Source of the DNA: an uncultured Nitrospiraceae bacterium | GTDB lineage: Bacteria > Nitrospirota > Nitrospiria > Nitrospirales > Nitrospiraceae | Assembly (NCBI GenBank): GCA_963730935.1 | Contig: CAVSTP010000004.1 | Location: 640,001-704,000 of the forward strand | Length of the DNA stretch: 64,000 bases | Reading direction: 5' to 3' | Shown: piece by piece, positions 10,409 through 20,325 of the stretch | Layout of the letters: each line of letters begins with the position of its first letter | How positions within the stretch are numbered: position 1 is the first letter of the stretch | Program-made: the position numbers and the translations under genes | Notes under the pieces: model-generated | The model's input: only the letters and a program-made list of their open reading frames with translations | Databases searched by the model: none | Told to the model about the DNA's origin: nothing

Positions 10409-10941
10409 ATCATAGCGGACGACCTGGGCGGGAGACTCCGCATGGCTGACAGCTATTGCGCGTTTGGATCAGGGTAATACGAAGGACTCCATTTTGCCGA
10501 TGTGGATACCGTAGTGAGGATTCCCAGTGCCCGATGACAAGGCATTGATGAGGGGAAGAAACAACTCGTGAGAGACCCAGGCGTCGGGATCAAGAAGCAC
10601 TGTCATTTCTGACAGTATCCATGCGCCTTTTTCTATGAGAAGAGTGCCTGCGTAAAAATCCGGAGGAGGACAATTGAAACTCACGAGAGGTTTGAGCCCT
10701 GGGGAAAAACATCATGTATGTCGGCGCACCGATCCTGGCGATCGCCGCGGATCTAGCACTCCCCCCGGATAACCAGTTCCCGGCGGTTGTTGGTTCCGGG
10801 AGCAGTTGGCGCGGAGTCCTTCCTGCCGACACCGCCCCTTGCACCACGCGGTACGCCCCTTCCCGTCGGTGGAACCGACTAGGTCGACTCCTCGTTGTGC
10901 GGGACCGCATGTCTTCTTAGAGTAGCGACACGGAGGTGGAC

Positions 10942-12486
10942 ATGAATGTCTTGCTCGTGCATCCCGGCCCCCTGATGTATACGAAAATCTATCTGCGCCT
11001 CGAACCGCTCGGCGTTGAACTGGTTGCCTCGGCGGCGCGGGCGCTCGGTCACCGGGTGACCCTGCTCGATCTGCAGGTGGAATCCCACCGTGACTACCTT
11101 CGCCTGTTACATGAACAGCGGCCGGAAGTCGTGGGGTTTTCGTGCAATTATCTCGCAAATGTGCCGGAGATCGTCGACCTCGCCAAGTTAACCAAACAGC
11201 TGCTGCCTACTTGTCGGGTCTTCGTAGGAGGGCATAGCGCCTCGTTCGTTGCGCAGGCGATCCTCGAGCATGCCGACGGCGCGATCGATTGCGTAGTGAA
11301 GGGCGAAGGGGAATCGGCCGTGGGTCCGTTGCTCGAGGCGTTCGCCGGTGAGCACAGGGCCTTGGGACTTGTGCCAGGCGCCGTGACGCCCATGGGCGAG
11401 GGGCCATCGGTTCGAATGCTCGAGCACCTCGATGACCATCGGCCGGCCCGGGATCTGGTTCGCCACCGCCGCAAATACTTCATCGGTGTGCTTGACCCTT
11501 GCGCGTCCATCGAATTTACCAGGGGTTGTCCATGGGACTGCTCCTTCTGCAGCGCCTGGACCTTCTACGGCCGCAGCTATCGCACTCGCAGCGCCGAAGC
11601 CATCGTTGATGACCTGAGCCGCGTGCGAGAGCCGGGGGTCTTTATTGTCGATGACGTCGCTTTCATTCAGGCCAAACAAGGGATGGCCATCGGTGAAGCG
11701 ATTGCCCGTCGCGGCATCAACAAACAGTACTATCTCGAAACGCGCGGCGACGTGCTGCTGCGAAACAAGGAGGTGTTCCAATTCTGGAAGACCCTCGGTC
11801 TCGCCTACATGTTCATCGGCATTGAAGCGATCGACGAAGAGGGCCTCGCCCTCCATCGCAAACGCATCACGTTAAGCAAGAATTTTGAAGCGCTGGACTT
11901 CGCCAGGTCTCTCGGAATTACGGTCGCCATCAACCTGATTGCCGATCCCTCGTGGGATCGCCGACGGTTCGACGTCGTCCGCCAGTGGTGTTTGGAGATT
12001 CCGGAGATCGTAAACATCAGCGTCAATACTCCGTATCCGGGGACGGAGACCTGGCACACGGAAGCACGGCGCGTGACGACCCGCGACTATCGTCTCTACG
12101 ATATTCAACATGCGGTGCTGCCCACGACCTTGCCTTTGCCTGAATTCTATGCAGAACTGGTCAAAACGCAGCAGGTCTTAAATACCAAGCATCTCGGCTG
12201 GACGGCGCTGAAATCCACGGCCCGTATTGCCGCGGGACATTTGCTGCGGGGTCAGACCAATTTCGTGAAGATGCTGTGGAAGTTCAACAGCGTGTACAAC
12301 CCGAACCTACAGATGGCCGACCACGCTCGCCCGGTGATCTACCAAATGCCTCTGCCGCCGGAGCCGGTCGCCGACATCGCCTCTCACCTCCTGTATATTC
12401 ATCGCAGTCAGGGGCGGGCCGGCCGCGTGCTGGACGAGGCGACCGAGCAGTTTGTCGAAACGACCCGCATGCGCAACACCGGCTAG
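10942..12486 (+). CDS. hpnR: Hopanoid C-3 methylase (B12-binding radical SAM)
   Basis: N-terminus VHPGPLMYTKIYLRLEPLG, CxxxCxxC motif (CPWDCSFC) and YYLETRGDVLLRN, all characteristic of HpnR. Confidence 0.88.
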   Translation: MNVLLVHPGPLMYTKIYLRLEPLGVELVASAARALGHRVTLLDLQVESHRDYLRLLHEQRPEVVGFSCNYLANVPEIVDLAKLTKQLLPTCRVFVGGHSASFVAQAILEHADGAIDCVVKGEGESAVGPLLEAFAGEHRALGLVPGAVTPMGEGPSVRMLEHLDDHRPARDLVRHRRKYFIGVLDPCASIEFTRGCPWDCSFCSAWTFYGRSYRTRSAEAIVDDLSRVREPGVFIVDDVAFIQAKQGMAIGEAIARRGINKQYYLETRGDVLLRNKEVFQFWKTLGLAYMFIGIEAIDEEGLALHRKRITLSKNFEALDFARSLGITVAINLIADPSWDRRRFDVVRQWCLEIPEIVNISVNTPYPGTETWHTEARRVTTRDYRLYDIQHAVLPTTLPLPEFYAELVKTQQVLNTKHLGWTALKSTARIAAGHLLRGQTNFVKMLWKFNSVYNPNLQMADHARPVIYQMPLPPEPVADIASHLLYIHRSQGRAGRVLDEATEQFVETTRMRNTG

Positions 12487-12513
12487 CTCGGCGGATCGTC
12501 GCTCCCTGCGCGG

Positions 12514-12912
12514 TCACGTGCGCCCCTGTTCGGCCTGGCCCTGCCAGAGCATGTCGTAGCCCAGTTCCTTCGTGTCGGCGCACATCGCGGCGAGCGCGGC
12601 AAACTTGCGCGTGAACAGTTCGTTCGCGTGCGACCGCTCGTGATCCTCAAACGAGCGCCAATAGGTCACGATCACGTAGTGATTCTCCGCGGTCTTGGAA
12701 CCGGACAGCGTTCCCTCTTCCGACACGAACCCCGAGAAGCGAAATACCTGCCCCGCGAGAAATCCGCCCTTGTCTCCTCCATACGTCTCCTTGACGACAC
12801 TGCACAGTTCTCCGACTGCCAGTTCGATGTCTTCGAACGTGATTCCAGGTTTCAGGGTGACGCTGTTGAATAACATCTTGGCCCCGAACGGCAGTGTGAT
12901 TGGTCCAAACAT
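12514..12912 (-). CDS. Small dimeric alpha/beta-barrel (ABM-like) protein with SOR-like motifs
   Basis: 132-aa ORF after a GGAGG RBS, containing YVIVTYWRSFEDHERSH. Confidence 0.6.
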   Translation of the reverse strand: MFGPITLPFGAKMLFNSVTLKPGITFEDIELAVGELCSVVKETYGGDKGGFLAGQVFRFSGFVSEEGTLSGSKTAENHYVIVTYWRSFEDHERSHANELFTRKFAALAAMCADTKELGYDMLWQGQAEQGRT

Positions 12913-13024
12913 ATGCTCCTCCGAGACGTGTGGCCTGGCCGCCGGCGTCACGGTCCGCAGCCGGTCTATCTATCTATGTGGGCGCGCAGACGCCTGCATC
13001 GGCACCCGGGATCATTCTACCGCG

Positions 13025-14647
13025 CTATCTGCCGCGCTCTCGTGTCACGCGGCGCTCACCGATACCCAAACGCAGGGCTTCGATGTCCAACTCATGTTCG
13101 AGCCGATGCAACACGTCGTCGCTGATCGTGCCGTTATCGCGCATGCCGATTAACGCCACCCGCTCGGCAGTGAGCGTCTCGTGGCGCAACCGCCGGAAGG
13201 CCTCCACCGTCTCGGCCGCACATTCGGGGTCCACGGCGCCATTATTCGCGAATTGATGCCGACGTCGGGTGTAATGGTCGCGCAGGCGGTCCACATGCTC
13301 GGCGGGCGGCCACGGCTGTTCCGACAATTCTTCCAGGCGCGTCAAGGCCATCGACGCGGCATGCGCACGAGCCCGCATCTCTTCTTCTTCCAGCACTCGA
13401 TTGTCGTCCTCGACCCGCAGGGCGCGAATCAGGGGCGCGAGCGAGAGTCCCTGCAGGACGAGCGTGGCCAGGATCACCGAAAAACTGATCAAGATGATTT
13501 CCGCGCGGAAGGGCAGCGGCGCGCCGGTGTTCGTCGTCAGCGGCAGCGCCAGTGCCGCAGCGAGGGTGACGATGCCGCGCATGCCGGTCCAGCCGATGAG
13601 AAAAATGTTCGGCCAGGGCGGAAGCGGATCCCGTGTCCGGATGGTTCGGCTGACCCAACGGGGGATAAGCGCTGCAAGGGGCACCCAGCCAAGACGGACC
13701 AGGATGGCGGTCAGGCTGATGATCGCACCGGTTGCCAACAGCGTGCCGAATCGCTCGGCGGGAACGGCCTGGCGGAGCGCACCAAGTTGTAAGCCGATCA
13801 GGATGAAGATAAACCCGTTCAACACAAAAATGAGAAGATCCCAGACCGCGCGGGCTTGTATGCGGGTGACCGGCGAGACCGCTTCGCTGAAATATTGTCG
13901 GACGTATAAGCCGCCTGCGACACACGCCAGTACGGCCGACGCGTGCGCCTGTTCCCCCACGACCCACGCCACGTACGGAGCCAGCAACGTAATGGCGATC
14001 TCTGTGAAACTATCCTGCGTGGCACAGAGGGCCCATCGCGTCGCCATCCCGACGGCGAGACCAATCGCAACACCTGCCACGCCGGCAAAGACCACGTCAA
14101 AGACCGTCGGCCCGAATGCAATGCTTCCGCCTACCGCTGCTCCGACCGCCGTGCGGTATAGAACCAGCGCTGTGGCATCGTTGACCAGGCTCTCTCCTTC
14201 AAGAATCGTCACGATGCGCCGAGGAATGTGCAGCCGCCTCGCAATCGCCGTGGCGGACACCGCATCGGGAGGCGAGACAATGGCGCCCAGAGCAATGGCC
14301 TCGGCCCATTCCATCCCCGGCAACAAGAGGCGTGCCACGTATGCCACGGCCGCGGTGGTCGCGAGCACCAGTCCAACCGCTAACAACGAGATCGGACGGA
14401 TGTTGTAGCGAAATTCCCGCCAGGAGGTGAAGTACGCCGCCGCCCACAAGATCGGCGGCAGAAACACCAGAAATACGAGATCGGGCCTCAACGTGACGAC
14501 CGGCAGCCCTGGGACCAGCCCCAAGACCAATCCCCCGATGACCAGCAGAATCGGATACGGAACGACGATTTTTTGTGCGAGAGTGGTGAGGGCGAGCACG
14601 ACACCGAGGAGGAGAATGACGACTTCGAGTTGATGCAACCCATCCAT
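13025..14647 (-). CDS. Na+/H+ antiporter, CPA1 family
   Basis: Many TM segments with FLPPIL, VSPPDAV, LEGESLVNDATAL and GMRGIVTLAAAL. Confidence 0.93.
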   Translation of the reverse strand: MDGLHQLEVVILLLGVVLALTTLAQKIVVPYPILLVIGGLVLGLVPGLPVVTLRPDLVFLVFLPPILWAAAYFTSWREFRYNIRPISLLAVGLVLATTAAVAYVARLLLPGMEWAEAIALGAIVSPPDAVSATAIARRLHIPRRIVTILEGESLVNDATALVLYRTAVGAAVGGSIAFGPTVFDVVFAGVAGVAIGLAVGMATRWALCATQDSFTEIAITLLAPYVAWVVGEQAHASAVLACVAGGLYVRQYFSEAVSPVTRIQARAVWDLLIFVLNGFIFILIGLQLGALRQAVPAERFGTLLATGAIISLTAILVRLGWVPLAALIPRWVSRTIRTRDPLPPWPNIFLIGWTGMRGIVTLAAALALPLTTNTGAPLPFRAEIILISFSVILATLVLQGLSLAPLIRALRVEDDNRVLEEEEMRARAHAASMALTRLEELSEQPWPPAEHVDRLRDHYTRRRHQFANNGAVDPECAAETVEAFRRLRHETLTAERVALIGMRDNGTISDDVLHRLEHELDIEALRLGIGERRVTRERGR

Positions 14648-14676
14648 AGACGTATCGATTCCGTCTGCCGCACGGT

Positions 14677-14705
14677 AGGCTACGCGGCCAAAAGGATGGA
14701 GTCAA
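14677..14705 (-). promoter_or_regulatory. Sigma-70-type promoter of the antiporter
   Basis: TTGACT-17 bp-TAGCCT on the minus strand. Confidence 0.5.
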
Positions 14706-14793
14706 ATGGATGAAAGGTCACTCCCGCGATTGGGCGAGCGCCTCCCACCCCCTTGTCAACCGAGGGTCGGGGGCCAGGCAGGACTCGCGATGA

Positions 14794-15117
14794 TCAGCGG
14801 ACCGGCGGTGCGACGTCAGGGATCTGCAAGGTGATCGAAAGAGCCGGCCCGTCCGGAGCAACTTTTGCGGCGATCTTGTCTCCGGTTTTGAGCTTCGCGG
14901 AGGCACCTTCTATCTTGGTTTCCGGGGTCACTCGTAGACGCACTTCGTGCCCGGACATTTCTCGTACCACCAGCTCGTTTCCTTCCCAATAGAGCACATC
15001 GCCCTTAATCTCAGAGCCAACAGTGGTGGTTGGAGTGTTGGTGGGTGGCGAAGGTTCTGCCCAGGCCGAATGCCCAACGCCCGAAACCAGGAGCAATAAA
15101 GTGAACAGAAGCGTCAT
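14794..15117 (-). CDS. Small exported OB-fold-like protein
   Basis: Signal peptide (AWA), strong RBS and an upstream promoter. Confidence 0.7.
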   Translation of the reverse strand: MTLLFTLLLLVSGVGHSAWAEPSPPTNTPTTTVGSEIKGDVLYWEGNELVVREMSGHEVRLRVTPETKIEGASAKLKTGDKIAAKVAPDGPALSITLQIPDVAPPVR

Positions 15118-15140
15118 ACCCTAGCCTCCTCCCTAGTCTC

Positions 15141-15169
15141 AGCCTACAAATCCCCACGACCCTTGTCAA
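15141..15169 (-). promoter_or_regulatory. Sigma-70-type promoter
   Basis: TTGACA-17 bp-TAGGCT on the minus strand, followed by GGAGG and the ATG at 15117. Confidence 0.6.
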
Positions 15170-15290
15170 ATCGGCAAGAGTGCTGGCTCAGGCCGCCACT
15201 GCATCACCCCCCGTATCAGGGAACGAAGCCACGGAAATCTAGGGGTCGGACGAGACGCGATTTCCCGAAAAACACGCGATCGTAACCGGT

Positions 15291-15632
15291 ATGCGGTCGA
15301 TGCTCCGACAAACCGCGGTCGGTGGGCTGTGGCTGATCATTGGCGTTCTTCCCGTCTTCGCACAGGCCGACAGGATGGGTGGACCGGTCGAGTTCCGCTC
15401 CGCTGATCGGCCGATTCCTGCACCGACGCTTAGGTCTGCCGACTCAGCGTCATCCGACGCCAACAAGTCTCTCACGATCGGTCCTCCGGCAGTGGACGAC
15501 GTGCTCAAGCAGATCGACCGAGAACTGGGCCGAACAGGGACGAGAACCGACGCCGAGTCTGGCCGCCAGGGCTCATCCCCAGAGACCGGCGAGGCCGACA
15601 GACGCGGTTTAGGCGGAAGTACGTTCAAGTGA
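15291..15632 (+). CDS. Hypothetical exported protein
   Basis: Signal peptide (VFA-Q) and a low-complexity mature region. Confidence 0.55.
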   Translation: MRSMLRQTAVGGLWLIIGVLPVFAQADRMGGPVEFRSADRPIPAPTLRSADSASSDANKSLTIGPPAVDDVLKQIDRELGRTGTRTDAESGRQGSSPETGEADRRGLGGSTFK

Positions 15633-15700
15633 CCACGGGATTCCGATATGAGGAGGAAGGCAAGGAGACCAAGGGCAAATCAAAACTCTAAGGAGGCTTC

Positions 15701-15928
15701 ATGAAAGCGTTGATTCGTCTAATTGTCGCCCTGTTGTTGTCATGGCCCGGTCTGGGCTGGGCTGAGGACGCGTCTCACGGCGGGTACCGTGGTATTGCCA
15801 CGATCTATTACGCATTGATCTGGGGAATCCTCGTCTATGGCTTATGGGACGCCTTCGGTAAGAAAGCGTTCTATGTTGGAGCCCCGGTGATGGCCGTGAT
15901 CATCTATTTCCTCCTCCCCTCAACGTGA
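15701..15928 (+). CDS. Small membrane protein
   Basis: AAGGAGG RBS, signal peptide and two TM segments. Confidence 0.7.
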   Translation: MKALIRLIVALLLSWPGLGWAEDASHGGYRGIATIYYALIWGILVYGLWDAFGKKAFYVGAPVMAVIIYFLLPST

Positions 15929-15967
15929 AGAGGCGCAAGTTAGGGAACAACAGACGAGGCCGTCGAC

Positions 15968-16711
15968 CTATTGGGTCAAGAGATCGGACGGATCCAGCAC
16001 GTCGTGAAACACGGTGGCCAGATCGAGGAGCGCTCGGCTCCCGTCTCCGACATACACCGACCCATGCATGGTTGCCAGGGTTTTCGGGCTGAGGGTCGCC
16101 AAGCGTTTGAGCGTGGTATCCGTCAACGTGCAGTACGGAAGATAGTTCGCCAGCGGTCCCTGTTGATACTCCACGAGCACCTCCCGGCACCGGCCGATGA
16201 TGTCCGACTGCGTCACCGGCTCCACATTCCCTAGCTGATGGAATAAATCAGAGCACAACAACGTCCGCTGCGTCTCTTCGAACAGGAGACCCGCTTCCCA
16301 ACAGTGCGGGACATGCGGCGTCGCAAGAAACCGGAAGCGATAGTGCCCCGTTGCTAAAATTTCGCCGTCCGTCATTCCTTTCGCGGGACGCAGGGACAAA
16401 CAGTCGTCAACGCTCACTAGCTTGCCCACCAGACTGCACACCGCAGTGGCATGCGGCGCCAGCGTCTGCCATTCCGGCAACGTGCCGCACTCATCGGCTT
16501 CGAAATGACTGAACGCGATCCACCGCAGGCGAGCAGGATCGATGAGCGAACCCACCGCCTCCTTCGCTTCGGAAAACAGCATCCTCGGGCCGGTGTGAAA
16601 GAGGAGCGGCTCCTCGTCCCGCACGAGGAATTGACTGAACTGCATATTGAACGGCTCAATGAAGGTCGTGATGCGGAAGAGATCAGGAGCCACCTCGGTA
16701 ATCTGCGTCAT
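15968..16711 (-). CDS. MBL-fold di-iron protein (FprA/ODP-like)
   Basis: [20 protein letters not shown] and TMHG motifs. Confidence 0.8.
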   Translation of the reverse strand: MTQITEVAPDLFRITTFIEPFNMQFSQFLVRDEEPLLFHTGPRMLFSEAKEAVGSLIDPARLRWIAFSHFEADECGTLPEWQTLAPHATAVCSLVGKLVSVDDCLSLRPAKGMTDGEILATGHYRFRFLATPHVPHCWEAGLLFEETQRTLLCSDLFHQLGNVEPVTQSDIIGRCREVLVEYQQGPLANYLPYCTLTDTTLKRLATLSPKTLATMHGSVYVGDGSRALLDLATVFHDVLDPSDLLTQ

Positions 16712-16836
16712 TATTCCTCCTTGTGAAAAAACAGATCATGGCTTCCTCGACAGAAGCGTTCATTCCACGACCGCTTCCCGGTCTTAGGGACTATGTGTCG
16801 GATCTAGCGAACGAGAGGGAACTTACCAATCCAGTG

Positions 16837-17502
16837 CTATGGCGGCAGTGCATAGTCCCGCCCCAGGCGAGAGGTTTGAAACAATCGAAACTGCATGTGC
16901 CTGACATCTAAAAAAGGATATTGCTGTTTGACCATCTGTTTGTAGTGTTCGAACCCTTCGCGCCCTCCCGGATAGTAGCGCCAAATGGTCGGCTCCTTGT
17001 AACAGTCCAATCCGAAGTGCCCGATGTAGACCAATTCCCCGGCCTTCACGGTGAACGTCCCTCCGATCGGCTTGCCTCCTTCGAAGAGCCGCGCACGACC
17101 CACATTCGTAATCTTCGCATCGGTCGTCGATGCCACCTTGATGGCGAACGTTGCCAGGCCATACTCGCCCGGATCCAACATCAGCACGTAGTTTGTGGCC
17201 GGCCCTCCTCCATAGGATGGAGAGCCTTCCAAGACGACATCGGCCGTGGCATTGTCAGCCGTGGTCTCATTCGGCAGCCGGTCGAAACCGAAGGACCACA
17301 GTTGTCCATTCACAAATTGCCCACAGTTCCACGTACGGCCCCATAGTGCAGAGAGGACCACGAATCCCTTGGCCGCATCTTTTCTATAAGACTCCGGGGT
17401 CACTTCCTGTTTGGGCCTGGTGACCGCAGATGACGTGCAACCGGCGAGGAGAATGAGCAGTGCCGTGAGCAGCGCACATCTTTTGACCGTATCAGCTTCC
17501 AT
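16837..17502 (-). CDS. Hypothetical lipoprotein
   Basis: Lipobox LAGC; 221 aa. Confidence 0.7.
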   Translation of the reverse strand: MEADTVKRCALLTALLILLAGCTSSAVTRPKQEVTPESYRKDAAKGFVVLSALWGRTWNCGQFVNGQLWSFGFDRLPNETTADNATADVVLEGSPSYGGGPATNYVLMLDPGEYGLATFAIKVASTTDAKITNVGRARLFEGGKPIGGTFTVKAGELVYIGHFGLDCYKEPTIWRYYPGGREGFEHYKQMVKQQYPFLDVRHMQFRLFQTSRLGRDYALPP

Positions 17503-17641
17503 GCGCAGGACCCTACGCTCTCACCAGCCGAACGTCAACAATGGGCCTGGATGGCGGCCGGATCAGGGAACATCGGTCGATGGATGGCAGAGGCAGAATG
17601 CGGTTACGAAATCGCGCAGAGCGACAAAGCAGAAGGATGGC

Positions 17642-18004
17642 TCATTGGAACTTACTGGTGCTCGTTATTCGATTTGAAATCGCCGCGCCCACCTTTGCGG
17701 TCACGATCGAAGGCACCGCGAAGAAACCCAACACCACCATTCCGAGCGGAAACAGATTACCAAACCCTTGATTGGCCAACATCCAGGCACCTTGACCCAA
17801 GTAGGGAACAATCCCCCATCGCCATGTGCGATCAGGCTGCACAAACCCCAGTACACCGGCAATCACACCGAGGGCAGGAATCCCAAAGGTGAAATATAAA
17901 TTCGAGTCCCAGGCCTCTCGCTTGCCCGAGACAGAGGAGATCAGGATCCACACCACAATCCCAGACGTAAACGCGGCCGCATAGAGCCAGGAGTCTTTCT
18001 TCAT
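17642..18004 (-). CDS. Hypothetical membrane protein
   Basis: Four hydrophobic segments and a REAWD motif; start moved to MKKDSW. Confidence 0.65.
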   Translation of the reverse strand: MKKDSWLYAAAFTSGIVVWILISSVSGKREAWDSNLYFTFGIPALGVIAGVLGFVQPDRTWRWGIVPYLGQGAWMLANQGFGNLFPLGMVVLGFFAVPSIVTAKVGAAISNRITSTSKFQ

Positions 18005-18077
18005 AGGACAAAACGTACCCTCCAACCGGAGATGCGTCAAGGTTCAGCGGAGAAACGGCAAGGTCAGAAGATACGTT

Positions 18078-18413
18078 TTATTCTTTGGTGTCGGCGGTAA
18101 GGTACTCGATGATGACTCTCGCATCGGCGAGCGGATCAGTGGTGAAGGGAGCAGCGTCTCGTCGAGGCACGGCGGTGCTCAATCGCTCCGCCGCCTGGCG
18201 GATGGGAAGCGGGAACGCCTCCAGCTGATGAATCCGACGGAGATGTTCCATTGCATCGCCGCGCCAGAGCGGTTCAGGCAGACCAGCCAGCCACGCCTCG
18301 GTCACGAGGGCCACGGCTCGCCTGGCACAAACGCGCGCCTTGCCATCGTTGCCGTCGTTCCATGCCAGCTCTGCCGCAGCAAGTTCTTGATCAAGGAGCG
18401 TCTGGTTGACCAT
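18078..18413 (-). CDS. Hypothetical protein
   Basis: GKARVCARRA motif; starts immediately after the USP gene. Confidence 0.65.
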   Translation of the reverse strand: MVNQTLLDQELAAAELAWNDGNDGKARVCARRAVALVTEAWLAGLPEPLWRGDAMEHLRRIHQLEAFPLPIRQAAERLSTAVPRRDAAPFTTDPLADARVIIEYLTADTKE

Positions 18414-18414
18414 G

Positions 18415-18900
18415 TCATTCCACCACCCAGATCGCAAATCCTTTGGCATCGCGCAGCAATTGATCGGTCACGCCGCCGCCGAAGAGCCGTTTGATGCCGG
18501 ACGACCCATGCCGCCCGACGACGATGGTTTCATGCTTGCCATTCCGCGCCTCTTCCAGAATATTTCTCGCGATATCGTCCTCATGGCCGATCCTCAACGC
18601 CACCCGACTGCGATCGAAGCCGGATTGCGCCAGCGTCTCGAACGCCTTGAGCAGGAATGGACACTCACGTTCTGCTTCCTGTCGAATCCAGGCTTCCTGG
18701 TCCTTGCGCAGTTGCTCACCCAATCGGGCTTCGGCGACGGGATTCTCCGATCCGCCATGCTCCAGCAGTCCCCGAGGCATAGGCTTGAGGACATGAAACA
18801 GCGTGACGGCGGTTTTAGGCGTCTCGCGCAGGAGCGACCCCACATACTTCACCGCGCGATTTGAGTTTTCCGATTCATCGACAGCCACAAGAAATCGCAT
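18415..18900 (-). CDS. Universal stress protein
   Basis: FLVAVDESENS, IVVGRHG and GGVTDQLL. Confidence 0.9.
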   Translation of the reverse strand: MRFLVAVDESENSNRAVKYVGSLLRETPKTAVTLFHVLKPMPRGLLEHGGSENPVAEARLGEQLRKDQEAWIRQEAERECPFLLKAFETLAQSGFDRSRVALRIGHEDDIARNILEEARNGKHETIVVGRHGSSGIKRLFGGGVTDQLLRDAKGFAIWVVE

Positions 18901-19000
18901 AACGTCCTCCCTGGCAAGCGGTGCGTATTGAATGGTGGACGGTCAATTATAGTATGCCGACAGATTCTCCGATTCTAGGGACCGCCCTGGGCAGTTCAAA

Positions 19001-19269
19001 TGCTCCCTCCAAGCTTGCTCGTTTCTTCCCTACTCAGCTGAGAGAGGTCGGACTTAGCGGGTGGCGCCGGTCTGGGAGCCTTTCTCACCCACCCAGCCCC
19101 TGCCGCGCCGAAACGCGGCTTTCACCAAGCGCCCGCAGCGATAACCACTCGCCACTTTCCTTCCCAGAATTGGGTGAGCCAATGCGGTCCTGCTGCACGA
19201 CGGCGAGCACTGTTCGATAGTCCGTTCACGCGAAGCGCCAACGGACCGAGTTGCACAGCCGAGCAGATG
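19001..19269. repeat. Composite intergenic repeat (modules A + C + B)
   Basis: Module A 21-mer at 19001 (also 21098, 34354); module C TTTCTCACCCACCCA at 19081 (also 43715); module B at 19203-19269 (also 21029-21093). Confidence 0.8.
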
Positions 19270-19414
19270 CGAAGCTTAGTACGGTCGGTTGAGGCACTGG
19301 AGCGTGCGGCGTCCCATTCTGTGCTTTGGATGAGCTGATGCAAGGCGCGTGCGGTCGAGGGGAAGCATCGGAGCAAGCAGGATCTCCCGCTGGCACTTGC
19401 CTATTGTCGCCAAT

Positions 19415-20257
19415 TCAGACAGCAGCGATGTGGTTATTGAGCAGTCGGCACCCGGCGAAGAGTGTCGCCTCTTCATTCCGGATCCAGCGGCTGATGACAC
19501 CCAGATAGACAAGCATATCCGCGACCGCCTTAATGTCTTGGATACCGGTATCGGATTGGGCCTCGACGGGATTCACCGGTTTCCCGCGCTCGATGAGGTA
19601 GCACAGGAGCCGCCGCTCGAGGCCTTCGCCGATATCCGCAGCCAGACGCCGCACGAATGGCTCCCACTGGCACCGGCTGGCCGCGACTGCGTGATCACTG
19701 TCTTCACTGTAATGGAGATAGTGGAGAAGCAGCTTCGTCAGGTAGGGGTGATTTCCCGTCCACGCGGCCAGGGAGGTATTCGTATCTTTGCCGATCAACC
19801 GTCGCGTCTCCCCGTCAAGCAGGACTGATAAGGGAAACAGGCGAAAGTTCAGGCCGGTTTCTGTCACGGAGTGGCCCAGCAGTGTCCGGAGCCGTCGGCC
19901 ACCGCTCACCACGACGCCGGCTGTTCCCGCCGCCGACAGGCGCATGAGCAGCGGTGCGATCGCCGGGCCATCGATAGCGTCTAGATTCTCCAACACCACG
20001 ATCGATCCGGAAACCCCATTGAGCGGGGACGACGGATCCGTGCCGCAATCCACCTCGATCACCGTGCGGTCGGACAGTCCTTGCAGAGCGGTACGCACCA
20101 GCGAGGTCTTCCCCAGTTTCGGCCCGCCGATCACCGCCAGGGATTCGCCTCCCGCAATACGCCGACGAAGATTCCTGACCAGGCCTTGTCGACCGATGAA
20201 CGCATCTCCGGTGGCAGGACAAGGAGTGAACGGCGGAATGGATTCACCGATTCTCAA
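19415..20257 (-). CDS. P-loop (AAA/STAND-like) ATP-binding protein
   Basis: FIGR motif, Walker A GGPKLGKTS and TGNHPYL; TTG start uncertain. Confidence 0.65.
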   Translation of the reverse strand: MRIGESIPPFTPCPATGDAFIGRQGLVRNLRRRIAGGESLAVIGGPKLGKTSLVRTALQGLSDRTVIEVDCGTDPSSPLNGVSGSIVVLENLDAIDGPAIAPLLMRLSAAGTAGVVVSGGRRLRTLLGHSVTETGLNFRLFPLSVLLDGETRRLIGKDTNTSLAAWTGNHPYLTKLLLHYLHYSEDSDHAVAASRCQWEPFVRRLAADIGEGLERRLLCYLIERGKPVNPVEAQSDTGIQDIKAVADMLVYLGVISRWIRNEEATLFAGCRLLNNHIAAV

Positions 20258-20325
20258 GAAGCACCTCGGGATGTAAAGGACGAGCCAATAGGACCCGACT
20301 AAACCACGCGGAGGAACACCTCTGC

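Noticed and set aside
10469..10920. Selenocysteine readthrough joining minus-strand ORFs across the in-frame TGA at 10712-10714
   Set aside because: No recognisable protein family or SECIS element, and the upstream ORF is largely antisense to hpnR; more likely non-coding or decayed sequence
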